Assembly: GCA_950097015.1 (NCBI GenBank)
Contig: CATNEN010000034.1
Span: forward strand, 2,728,001-2,792,000
Direction of reading: 5' to 3'
Source of the DNA: Macrostomum hystrix
Taxonomy: Eukaryota > Animalia > Platyhelminthes
Length of the DNA: 64,000 bases
Shown here: positions 35,997 to 47,640 of the stretch, piece by piece
Layout: each line of letters starts with the position of its first letter
Position numbering within the stretch: position 1 is the first letter of the stretch
Program-made: the position numbers and the translations under genes
The notes under the pieces: model-generated
Told to the model about the DNA's origin: nothing
The model's input: only the letters and a program-made list of their open reading frames with translations
The model's database searches: none

Positions 35997-36275
35997 GTTA
36001 CCACTGAAAAAACAGATTCTGTCAGCCCTAGTTACCACTGACAACCAGATTCTGTCAGCCCTAGTTACCATTGACAACCAGATTCTGTCTGCCCTAGTTA
36101 CCACTGACAACCAGATTCTGTCAGCCCTAGTTACCACTGACAACCAGATTCTGTCAGCCCTAGTTACCACTGACAACCAGATTCTGTCAGCCTTAGTTAC
36201 CCTTGACAACCAGATTCTGTCAGCCCTAGTTACTATTGACAACAGATTCTGTCAGCCCTAGTTACCACTGACAAC
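35997..36275. repeat. 33-bp array (ACCACTGACAACCAGATTCTGTCAGCCCTAGTT), about 8 copies, each with a CTGACA/TGTCAG hairpin
   Basis: Visible periodicity 110 nt after the MEMO1 stop codon. Confidence 0.95.
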
Positions 36276-37132
36276 CGTCAGTCTGTCAGTCTGTGTAAGA
36301 ATAAAGAAAATTCTAAAAGCTTTCATACAAAGCGATCTTTCAAATTTTAGTTGTCCGTTGTTCTGTTGTATTCTGTTACATAGAGTATCAATTCATAATT
36401 AACAATCAAGTCAATATTAACCGCTTGCGCCTATTAAGTTAAAGCAAATCATGTTGCAATCTCAGTTGCGTTTTTTCTGATAAAATTGCTTCTCCGCACA
36501 ATTTCAACTGCTTTTCTGTTGTCTAGAATTATATTTATACCATGTTTTGTGGTTCAATTTTTTATTGCTGCACTACTTGAAGTAGTTAAACTAGTTGATT
36601 TTGTATTTGCGGGCAAATCGATAGGCTCTCTGTAAAACTTTCGTTAGTCTAATTTTATCTTGATAAAAACAACAACTTAGATAAAAAAAATCACCAGACA
36701 AGAAAGACATTTTGCATTGCTTCAGAAGTCTAATATAGCACTAGTGTGGATGTTCCAACGAGATAATCGATTTCCACAAGCAATAGCAGATATGTTTCAT
36801 CATTGTCATTAGCCGGCTATTGTTACTGAATTATTTTCAGCAGCTTTTATTTTTTTCTTTCAAATATTTCTCTCTAGTTAGTGAGCGCTTGAGTAGTTGG
36901 GATAACTGATTCAGTCCAGCTTATTCAGGCTGAAAATCTGCATTGTTGTTCTGCTTTGGTGAACTACAAGTATTAGTAAAACTGCATTGGAATGATGCCA
37001 TGTGATATGGGGTTCGCTAACTAGAATTTCACTAAGCGTTGTAATTATAACTTGTCTGCTTTTTCAGTCTTTTTAACATTTAATGCTTTAATGACGTTGT
37101 GTGTGTGCTTTTCATAAAGTTATTTTAGGACA

Positions 37133-37415
37133 TGCTGAAGGATTTGAGGGTAATTGGCTTATGCGCTGAAGGATTTGAGGGTAATTGGCTGATGCTCTGG
37201 AGGATTTGAGGGTAATTGGCTGATGCGCTGAAGGATTTGAGGGTAATTGGCTGATGCTCTGGAGGATTTGAGGGTAATTGGCTGATGCGCTGAAGGATTT
37301 GAGGGTAATTGGCTGATGCTCTGGAGGATTTGAGGGTAATTGGCTTATGCGCTGAAGGATTTGAGGGTAATTGACTGATGCGCTGAAGGATTTGAGGGTA
37401 ATTGAGGATTTAAGG
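37133..37415. repeat. 31-32 bp array (AGGATTTGAGGGTAATTGGCTGATGCGCTGA), about 9 copies
   Basis: Visible periodicity with alternating variants. Confidence 0.9.
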
Positions 37416-37654
37416 CTTATTTTAGCGACGTCTTATTTACTAAATCTTATTCAGCAACAAGGCTTGAGTAGTTTCTTGTTGAATTCAAATAAAAAATGAA
37501 CTCATATGAAAATATAACACGTATGTCAATCTATGTTTCACATTCACTAAACCAACAATTTCATTAACTTTAGAGGTTCATTTTCTAAGAATTTCTAAAA
37601 GAATGCTGATATTACATGAAACAATATAACTGGCCCCACAATAGGCCTACACCA

Positions 37655-38180
37655 TGCACTACCCACTTCCCCACTTTCACCCCACCTCCCTACCCCATTG
37701 TCACCACCTCCCTATCCCATAGTCACCACATCCCTACCCCATTGTCATCACCTCCCTATCCCATTGTCACCACCTTCCTACCCCATTGTCACCACCTCCC
37801 TACCCCATAGTCACCACCTCCCTACCCCATTTTCACCACCTTCCTACCCCATAGTCACCACCTTCCTACCCCATTGTCACCACCTCCCTACCCCATAGTC
37901 ACCACCTCCCTACCCCATTTTCACCACCTTCCTACCCCATAGTCACCACCTCCCTACCCCATTTTCACCACCTTCCTACCCCATTGTCACCACCTCCCTA
38001 CCCCATTGTCACCACCTCCCTACCCCATAGTCACCACCCCCCAACCCCATTGTCACCACCTCCCTACTCCATTGTCACCACCTCCCTACCCCATTGTCAC
38101 CACCTTCCTACCACATTGTCACCACCTCCCTACCCCATTGTCACCACCTCCCTACCCCATTGTCACCACCTCCTCCCTGC
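37655..38180. repeat. 22-bp C-rich array (ACCACCTCCCTACCCCATTGTC), about 24 copies
   Basis: Visible periodicity. Confidence 0.95.
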
Positions 38181-39079
38181 CCCACATTTATACTCATTGT
38201 GCCTACTTTCGGCACCTCTCTACCCCACTTTCGCTACCTAACTTCCCCTGTTGAGAAGACACGGGAAATAGGATCGTATTCCCCTACCTTCCCACTTTGC
38301 TATTCCCTTGTGCAATTTCTGGCCGATAATATAACAATTGCCAGTTGCTTTTACAGAGGTCGCATTATCAGACCATTCATTCTTGCAAAAGAAGAAATCA
38401 ATGGTATCCTAGAAATAACCTGCACTTTATAGATAGCTAATACTATTGGCATTGTGTAGGACCAACTTGCCTATTGTTCTGCTGCCTGTAATCCAACTGC
38501 AATAAGTTCACTTCAATATCATCATCGCAATGCCTCAATCGATGAAGTTTTGCCGCAACGGAAGCCTCAGCAGAAAAATTCCGGAACTTTTGGGGCCCAA
38601 CGAGTTGAGTTGAGCAAAAAAGTTCTTCGCTATTAATATTTCTTGGAAGGAAATAGCTCGTAGAATAGCTTGCATAGATCTATATATGATTATGTTGGCG
38701 CTGTTGTTACCGCATTCAAAGGACTATCTTTATTGGCGTGCCACAAAACTCATTAAAATTAGCTGACTACAGGCAAACTGCTGCTGCAAAAAGTGTTCGC
38801 GGTTGGTTCAATTATGCATAGTTAAATATATCTCCTTTCGTTAGCTTCTTTATAGTATGTCTTTTAGTCATTAACTTCTATTGATAGGGTGTCTGCAGAC
38901 ACTGAGTTTTGGTGGCTGTGTAGGAAGCAATTCTGTCTAGTATTTCGCTGCTATTAAGTACACTGGCTGGCACTGGTACATACTCATTGCGCCTTGCGGT
39001 CTGGCTCTCATTGTTTGGTAGGCACCGAATGAATAAGGCGGCATAGTAGATACTGGCTGCGGGTCATTGGCAGTAGGCT

Positions 39080-39235
39080 TCATTGCTTCAGTCCATGGAC
39101 TGGGGGGAGGCTGCCAGTCCTACCCCGATTTCCATCCGATAAACCCCGAATTTGGGAAATTAAGTTTCTTGCTCAACGACAAATTTTGAGCTTGGGCCGA
39201 GATTCGTCCAAAGCTCTAACCACTAAGCTCTTGAC
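39080..39235 (-). mobile_element. Degenerate SINE family 1 remnant
   Basis: Contains TTCAGTCCATGGACT, TTAAGTTTCTTGCTCAA and AGCTCTAACCACTAAGC, reverse complements of family 1 motifs. Confidence 0.5.
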
Positions 39236-39480
39236 AAATGATAAAAGTGAATAAGACGATTGTGTGTAGCTCAAGCCCGTTATAAATATCAGTAAGATTG
39301 CATTGGCTTGACGCTTTCTGGAATGGAGAGCGCGTGTAAGGCGCTTTTCAATTCGCTTTGCATGGCAAACTTTTGCGTTTGCTCGTGTGTATTGTTATTG
39401 TAAATAATGTAACTCTTGCTGGAGTACACAGTGTATCACGCTCATTTCTATAGTCTGGAATGCTAGCCGGTGAATTACGA

Positions 39481-39923
39481 TCAGCCGCGCAGCCGCTCCC
39501 GCCGCTTTCTCAACTCGCACTCGGTCAGCATGACGTTAACATCCGCGCAGCAGCGGTAGTAGGTGGGCTGGTGGAATTTCTGCTTCGGCGACGACTTACT
39601 GCGGCGCCAGGAGCATAGCAGGCAGCTGGTGTGCCCGGCCACGTCTTCGCACAAGTCGCGCATCTCCAACTGGTCAGCGCCGACGACCTCGTGGTCCATT
39701 GTTGCGAATGCGGCTGTCGGCTGGATGGTGGCGGCTGCCAGTAGCAGAGCGCAGCAGTTGAGAAATAGCAGGGCGTTCTGGGAACAAATTGGGTAGGCAA
39801 AAAAGAAATTTGTAACCCTAAAGCAAATGAAGCAAATGCGTCACGATAAAACTGGTTTCTAAGATAGTGATGCATTTTAACAAGCATGAACACTTTAATT
39901 CACTCAAAATGCAAACTTACCAT
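39481..39923 (-). CDS. 99-aa secreted six-cysteine peptide precursor (ATG 39923-39921; exon 2 39777-39481)
   Basis: ATG is followed directly by GTAAGT; the 143-nt intron ends TTCCCAG. Product: MNALLFLNCCALLLAAATIQPTAAFA (signal-like) then LCEDVAGHTSCLLC..YYRCC..ECELRKRRERLRG. Confidence 0.75.
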
Positions 39924-40402
39924 GACTTGAAAAAACGTATCGATCTGAAGAAAAACATGAAACTCAAAGCGGAGCCGAGTCTGCGAATTCGTGGTTCCTG
40001 ACTTGCGTCTCGTCGTTTTATGCGTTTCGGTTGAGGCCGGTCAGGTCGAATCGCGACTGCCCAGGCTTTTAGCCAGTCAGCCCTCCCCGGCTTCTGTGAT
40101 TGGTCGGTGACTTTTGAGAAGTTTGGGAAACGTCAGGGAGACGCGAAAATGTTCCCTGTCATTTCTCTCATTTCTCCTTAATTCAGAGATAATTATGGAA
40201 TGGTTGTCCTAAGTTTGTCGACTCGAACAGCAGACTTGCCGGCTGTAGAGGTAGACAAGTTTCTCTAATCCTCAGGATTTGAATTTGGCTGAGACCAAAG
40301 CCTCCAAATGCAGCTAATCTTAAATTGTCCGCTTCAGCTGGAACGATTCCAGCTGACTGAAATGTATGCAAATCTTCTAGAAAATTATCTACTCAGCGGC
40401 GT

Positions 40403-41660
40403 TCCTAAACCTCCTCAGGGTTTATTCCTAAACCTCCTCAGGGTTTATTCCTAAACCTCCTCAGGGTTTATTCCTAAACATCCTCAGGGTTTATTCCTAA
40501 ACCTCCTCACGGTTTATTCCTAAACCTCCTCAGGGTTTATTCCTAAACCTCCTCAGGGTTTATTCCTAAACCTCCTCAGGGTTTATTCCTAAACCTCCTC
40601 ACGGTTTATTCCTAAACCTCTTCAGGGTTTATTCTTAAACCTCCTCACGGTTTATTCTTAAACCTCCTCAGGGTTTATTCCTAAACCTCCTCAGGGTTTA
40701 TTCTTAAACCTCCTCAGGGTTTATTCTTAAACCTCCTCAGGGTTTATTCCTAAACCTCCTCAGGGTTTATTCCTAAACCTCCTCACGGTTTATTCCTAAA
40801 CCTCCTCAGGGTTTATTCCTAAACCTCTTCAGGGTTTATTCCTAAACCTCCTCAGCGTTTATTCTTAAACCTCCTCAGGGTTTATTCCTAAACCTCCTCA
40901 GGGTTTATTCCTAAACCTCCTCAGGGTTTATTCTTAAACCTCCTCAGGGTTTATTCCTAAACCTCCTCAGGGTTTATTCTTAAACCTCCTCAGGGTTTAT
41001 TCTTAAACCTCCTCAGGGTTTATTCCTAAACCTCCTCAGGGTTTATTCTTAAACCTCCTCAGGGTTTATTCCTAAACCTCCTGACGGTTTATTCTTAAAC
41101 CTCCTCAGGGTTTATTCTTAAACCTCCTCAGGGTTTATTCTTAAACCTCCTCAGGGTTTATTCCTAAACCTCCTCACGGTTTATTCTTAAACCTCCTCAG
41201 GGTTTATTCTTAAACCTCCTCAGGGTTTATTCTTAAACCTCCTCAGGGTTTATTCCTAAACCTCCTCACGGTTTATTCCTAAACCTCTTCAGGGTTTATT
41301 CCTAAACCTCCTCAGGGTTTATTCTTAAACCTCCTCAGGGTTTATTCCTAAACCTCCTCAGGGTTTATTCCTAAACCTCCTCAGGGTTTATTCCTAAACC
41401 TCCTCACGGTTTATTCCTAAACCTCCTCAGGGTTTATTCCCTAACCTCCTCCGGGTTTATTCCTAAATCTCTTCAGGGTTTATAGATAATTCGATTCAGG
41501 GTTTATCCAAACTCTCCTCAGGGTTTATCCCCAAATCTCTTCAGGGTTCATCGCCAATTCGATTCAGGGTTTATCCCCATACTTCCTCAAGTTTTATCGC
41601 TAATCGCTTTAGGGCTTATTGCTAATCTATTCAGGGTTTATCGACAAATATTTTCAGGGT
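40403..41660. repeat. 23-bp array (AAACCTCCTCAGGGTTTATTCCT), about 55 copies with a decaying right end
   Basis: Visible periodicity. Confidence 0.95.
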
Positions 41661-42249
41661 TTATCATCTCTTGAGGGTATATCGCGTTCTCTTTAAGTTC
41701 TATCGTTAATTATCTTTAGAGATTTTCACTAAATCTCTTCTTAGAATAGGAATCAGAGTTCGCATAAATTCATGAATTTTTCATACAGTTTCCTACATTT
41801 CTATCAGCGTCACGAAAACGATGAACAAATTCTTTACGTGGGCGGATTGTCTCAATGGCACTTTTAATCAGTTCCGGAATCTGCGGATGCCAATTAGACA
41901 GGACGGCTCTGAGTGGGGTCGGTGCTATTGTGAAATTAACCGCACCTGCTGCGCCTCTCAATGCATTCCAAGTGTTTTTTTGCTGGTCATTTTGCTCAAC
42001 AGTTAGTCCCGCCCCTATTAATTCTAACAAGGCCATTCAACAGACCAGAAGCAGCCAGTGTTCTGTGTTGCAAAGCTGCTAATTTTCTTGTTTAAGATGC
42101 TAAAAAACGGAATCCCAAGTCGCTAAATTTATTTTTCAATAGCAGCAAACTGCTTAAGTGGCCTCGTCTCGGCGACAGAACTAAAAATACACAACTCCTA
42201 ATAATTTTTCTGCCGTGTTTTTGACGACTGTATTCATAAACTAGACTCC

Positions 42250-43480
42250 CTCATCACCTCATCCCTGTCTCGTCTCTCCCTTGTCTCATCTCTAGGCCCT
42301 GTCTCATCTCTCCCATGTCTCATCTCTCCCATGTCTCATCTCTCCCGTGTCTCATCTCTGATCTCTCATCTCTCAGTTGTCTATCTCTCCCTGTCTCATC
42401 TCTCCCTGTCTCATCTCTCCCTTGTCTCATCTCTCCCCAGCCTCATCTATACATTTTCTCATCTCTCCCTTGTCTCATCCCTCCCTTGTCTCATCTCTCC
42501 CTTGTCTTATCTCTCTCCTGTCTCATCTCTGCTTGTCTCATCTCTCCCTTGTCTCATCCCTCCCTTGTCTCATCTCTCCCTTGTCTTATCTCTCTCCTGT
42601 CTCATCTCTGCTTGTCTCATCTCTCAGTTGTCTCATCTCTCCCTTGTCTCATCTCTCCCCAGCCTCATCTATACCTTGTCTCATCCCTCCCTTGTCTCAT
42701 CTTTTCCTTGTCTCATCTCTCCCATGTCTCATCTCTCTCTTGTCTCATCTCTCCCTGTCTCATCTCTCCCAGCCTCATCTATCCCTTGTCTCATCTCTCC
42801 CTTGTCTCATCTCTCCCTTGTCTCATCCCTCCCTTGTCTCATCTTTTCCTTGTCTCATCTCTCCCATGTCTCATCTCTCTCTTGTCTCATCTCTCCCCTG
42901 TCTCATCTCTCCCTAGTCTCATCTCTCCCTGTCTCATCCCTCCCTTGTCTCATCTCTCCCTTGTCTTATCTCTCTCCTGTCTTATCTCTCCTTGTCTCAT
43001 CTTTCAGTTGTCTCATCTCTCAGTTGTCTCATCTCTCCCATGTCTCATCTCTCCCTTGTCTCATCTCTCATATGTCTTATCTCTCTCCTGTCTTATCTCT
43101 CCTTGTCTCATCTTTCAGTTGTCTCATCTCTCAGTTGTCTCATCTCTCCCATGTCTCATCTCTCCCTTGTCTTATCTCTCATATGTCTTATCTCTCTCCT
43201 GTCTTATCTCTCCTTGTCTCATCTATCAGTTGTCTCATCTCTCCCCTGTCTCATCTCTCCCTTGTCTCATCTCTCCCTGTCTCATCTCTCCGCAGCCTCA
43301 TCTATCCCTTGTCTCATCTCTCCCTTGTCTCATCTCTCCCTTGTCTCATCTCTCCCTTGTCTCAACTCTCCCTTGTCTTATCTCTCATATGTCTTTTCTC
43401 TTCACTGTCTCATCTCTCCCGTGTCCCATCTATCCGTTTTATCATCTCTCTCCTGTCTCATGTCTCCCCTGTCTTATGTA
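42250..43480. repeat. Degenerate 16-17 bp pyrimidine array (TTGTCTCATCTCTCCC)
   Basis: Visible periodicity; source of the Ser/Leu/Cys/Pro ORFs at 42315-43505. Confidence 0.95.
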
Positions 43481-44341
43481 TGACCTGATGTGGATATCTG
43501 AATAAGAGTTTGGTTTGCATTACTTCACAGCAATGCGCAGACAATCTCACTAGCCAGTTGAAAGCCAGTGCAGTTTGTCAGCTTTTTTGTTGTCCTCAGA
43601 GTTCCTAGGGTCACCCCGCAATGGTACTCAAGCAGATATGAGACTTAGATGTGCTCTTTAGAACTCGAAATCTCGCAAACTTTGTACAATACGAGCAAGC
43701 TTATGTGAGATGCGCTCTCTATGGAGAAGTATAATTTAGCTAGGAATGATAGATGGGCTAGGAAAACTTTGCCATTTCTAAAGAATAATGAGAACAATTA
43801 TGACTCGAATTTTACCAAAAATATATTTTTAAAGAGGAACATAATTTCCTTTTTTCGCAGTCTCTTCATTGACGGGTAGTTGTCGGAGGCGATCTTTGAA
43901 ACTGACTCAGGCATTTTAAAAGCATCATTATATGGCATCGTTTTAAGTCTGTTAGAGCAAATTCTTTGTAATTTTCATATGACATTTAAGTTTTTATTTC
44001 TTTCATAAGCTACAAGGCACTTGAAATGCAAGAAGGCGACTTGTTAAAGTTGACAAACTTCGGCAAGTGTGTTAGAGGTGATACGGGTAGAAAATTATTA
44101 AACAAATTCTGTATCAATCTGAGCGATTTTCTTAAAAAACAGTGAACTCTTCTGATTGGATGAGAGGGGGGTAGAAATATATGCTTACGCAATCTGACTG
44201 AATGTACATAAGGCCAGTGTACATAAACCTGTCGGAGTATATGCTTAGCGCAGTAATTGATTCCTTCTCAGCAAGCTTCTAGACCACCTCAGCCTGATTA
44301 GAAACTGCTAAACCAGATCCACCCAGTCACCAAGCAAGCTT

Positions 44342-44701
44342 CTAGTCCACCTCAGCCTGCCGATACCAGTGAAGGACTGGGTCATAGACAAACAGGCTGA
44401 ACGCCCCCGGCTGCAGCTCCAGATTGTCCAGCCAGCGCCAGACAGCTTCCACTCTGTCGCTGGACATCAGCTCGTTGTCGCGGATGTACTGGCGAACGTT
44501 GGCGTAGGCCGGCGATGCGTCTGGATGGCGCCGATCGCAGCTACGAGCGTCTGGATCGTCGAGAGTCGCCGACAGTAGGGAATCGGACCCACGGCCGAAG
44601 AACGCCATCGGGATGCGCCGGTTGACGGGCGCGGTGGCAGACGGCTTGGCGGCAGCTTGCGGCGGCGGTGGCGGCGGCGGCGGCGGCGGCCAGAGACCCA
44701 T
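44342..44701 (-). CDS. Uncharacterised protein or terminal exon (119 aa from ATG 44701): polyproline, then YANVRQYIRDNELMSSDRVEAVWRWL
   Basis: GC-rich ORF with exon-like codon usage; acceptor-like AAAG at 44718-44721 upstream. Confidence 0.6.
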   Translation of the reverse strand: MGLWPPPPPPPPPPQAAAKPSATAPVNRRIPMAFFGRGSDSLLSATLDDPDARSCDRRHPDASPAYANVRQYIRDNELMSSDRVEAVWRWLDNLELQPGAFSLFVYDPVLHWYRQAEVD

Positions 44702-44869
44702 TGTGGAAGCCAAGCCACTTTTGGTAGAGAAGTGAATAAAAAAACTTCATGCTTTAGTGAGTGGATATTGTGGTAACTCATCATCTAGCGACAGTCAGTC
44801 AGCAGCCAGGGAGGCAAACTAATGCGAGACCCCACCCACAATAGAATCTAGGCGCCAGTCACGAGACAA

Positions 44870-44935
44870 ATGACGTCGATGGTCTCGTGTGCTTCGGAAA
44901 TATGTTTGCGCGCTCGGAGTACGGGCGGGGCCGCA
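44870..44935. promoter_or_regulatory. CpG-rich promoter-like patch with TGACGTC (CRE-like) and GGGCGGGG (GC box) upstream of the 44701 ORF
   Basis: Motifs are directly visible; function is inferred. Confidence 0.3.
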
Positions 44936-45364
44936 TCCTGACCAGGTGTTGCTCTCGCTGGTGAGCTCACAAAAGCCCTTGAGCTTTTCCGCAGCTCAAA
45001 TTCAGAATTTCTCTGCACAATGTGCCTAATTAGCTGAAATGCAGTCTGACTCGAAAGCTCTCTGCCATCGAGTGCTGCCCGGATGTCCGCTCGGGCGCTA
45101 CCTGGATTTCAAGACAGTTCAGAATGCATCATAGGATATGGCTAGCTACTCCGACCAACTGACCAATCAAAGCTGAGGAAGTTACGACGGCTGGTAAAAG
45201 AAACAGGAAACAGACGATGTTATAGAGGAGAAAATTTTATTTATAGCCGAAAGTCGATTAAGACAGATTTTATTGCAAAGGTACATTGCAACTCTCTGTG
45301 CTACAAGTACCATGCACTAATTGAGTTCTTAACTATCGAAGTCACAAGTTCAAACCGCTGATGA

Positions 45365-47640
45365 TATCTAGTTGAATAGATATCTAGTAGACTGTTGAAT
45401 AGATATCAAGTAGACTGTTGAGTAGATATCAAGTAGACTGTTCAGTAGATATCTAGTAGACTGTTGAGTAGATATCTAGTAGACTGTTGAATAGATATAT
45501 AGTAGACTGTTGAGTAGATATCAAGTAGACTGTTGAGTAGATATCAAGTAGACTGTTGAGTAGATATCTAGTAGACTATTGAGTAGATATCTAGTAGACT
45601 GTTGAGTAGATATCTAGTAGACTGTTGAGTAGATATCTAGTAGACTGTTGAGTAGATATATAGTAGACTGTTGAGTAGATATCTAGTAGACTGTTGAGTA
45701 GATATCTAGTAGACTGTTGAGTAGACATCTAGTAGACTGTTGAGTAGATATCTAGTAGACTGTTAGTTAGATATCTAGTAGACTGTTGAGTAGATATCTA
45801 GTAGACTGTTGAGTAGATATCTAGTAGACTGTTGAGTAGATATCTAGTAGACTGTTGAGTAGATATCTAGTAGACTGTTGAGTAGTTATCTAGTAGACTG
45901 TTGAGTAGATATCTAGTAGACTATTGAGTAGATATCTAGTAGACTGTTGAGTAGATATCTAGTAGACTGTTGAGTAGATATCTAGTAGACTGTTAGTTAG
46001 ATATCTAGTAGACTGTTGAGTAGATATCTAGTAGACTGTTGAGTAGATATCTAGTAGACTGTTGAGTAGATATCTAGTAGACTGTTGAGTAGACATCTAG
46101 TAGACTGTTGAGTAGATATCTAGTAGACTGTTGAGTAGTTATCTAGTAGACTGTTGAGTAGATATCTAGTAGACTGTTGAGTAGTTATCTAGTAGACTGT
46201 TGAGTAGATATCTAGTAGACTATTGAGTAGATATCTAGTAGACTGTTGAGTAGATATCTAGTAGACTGTTGAGTAGATATCTAGTAGACTATTAGTTAGA
46301 TATCTAGTAGACTTTTGAGTAGATATCTAGTAGACTGTTAGTTAGATATCTAGTAGACTGTTGAGTAGATATCTAGTAGACTGTTGAGTAGATATCTAGT
46401 AGACTGTTGAGTAGATATCTAGTAGACTGTTAAGTAGATATCTAGTAGACTGTTAGTTAGATATCTAGTAGACTGTTGAGTAGATATCTAGTAGACTGTT
46501 AGTTAGATATCTAGTAGACTGTTGAGTAGATATCTAGTAGACTGTTGAGTAGATATCTAGTAGACTGTTGAGTAGATATCTAGTAGACTGTTAGTTAGAT
46601 ATCTAGTAGACTGTTGAGTAGATATCTAGTAGACTGTTGAGTAGATATCTAGTAGAATGTTGAGTAGATATCTAGTGACTGTTGAATAGATATCAAGTAG
46701 ACTGTTGAGTAGATATCTAGTAGACTGTTGAGTAGATATCTAGTAGACTGTTGAATAGATATATAGTAGACTGTTGAGTAGATATCTAGTGACTGTTGAA
46801 TAGATATCAAGTAGACTGTTGAGTAGATATCTAGTAGACTGTTGAATAGATATCTAGTGACTGTTGAATAGATATCAAATAGACTGTTGAGTAGATATCT
46901 AGTAGACTGTTGAGTAGATATCTAGTGACTGTTGAATAGATATCAAGTAGACTGTTGAGTAGATATCTAGTGACTGTTGAATAGATATATAGTAGACTGT
47001 TGAATAGATATCTAGTAGACTGTTGAGTAGATATCTAGTAGACTGTTGAGTAGATATCTAGTAGACTGTTGAGTAGATATCTAGTAGACTGTTGAGTAGA
47101 TATATAGTAGACTGTTGAATAGATATCTAGTGACTGTTGAATAGATATATAGTAGACTGTTGAGTAGATATCTAGTAGACTGTTGAATAGAGATCTAGTG
47201 ACTGTTGAATAGATATCAAGTAGACTGTTGAGTAGATATCCAGTGACTGTTGAATAGATATATAGTAGACTGTTGAGTAGATATCTAGTAGACTGTTGAA
47301 TAGATATCTAGTGACTGTTGAATAGATATCTAGTAGAATGTTGAGTAGATATCTAGTAGACTGTTGAGTAGATATCTAGTAGACTGTTGAGTAGATATCT
47401 AGTAGACTGTTTAATAGATATATAGTAGACTGTTGAGTAGATATCTAGTAGACTGTTGAGTAGATATCTAGTAGACTATTGAGTAGATATCTAGTTGACT
47501 GTTGAGTAGATATCAAGTAGAATGTTGAGTAGATATCTAGTAGACTGTTAAGTAGATATCAAGTAGAATGTTGAGTAGGTATCTAGTAGTCTGTTGGGTC
47601 GATATCTAGTAGAGATACGAGCTTTATTGGGTAGATATCT
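45365..47640. repeat. 23-bp array (GACTGTTGAGTAGATATCTAGTA), about 99 copies, with an internal palindrome TAGATATCTA
   Basis: Visible periodicity; decayed relatives at 48645-48765 and 32380-32780. Confidence 0.97.

Noticed and set aside
35997-36275. CRISPR-like palindromic repeats (also the 23-bp array at 45365)
   Set aside because: Units are contiguous with no unique spacers, there are no cas genes, and the context is eukaryotic.
42315-43505. 396-aa and 385-aa Ser/Leu/Cys ORFs
   Set aside because: Products of a TCTC-rich degenerate array; open in several frames at once.
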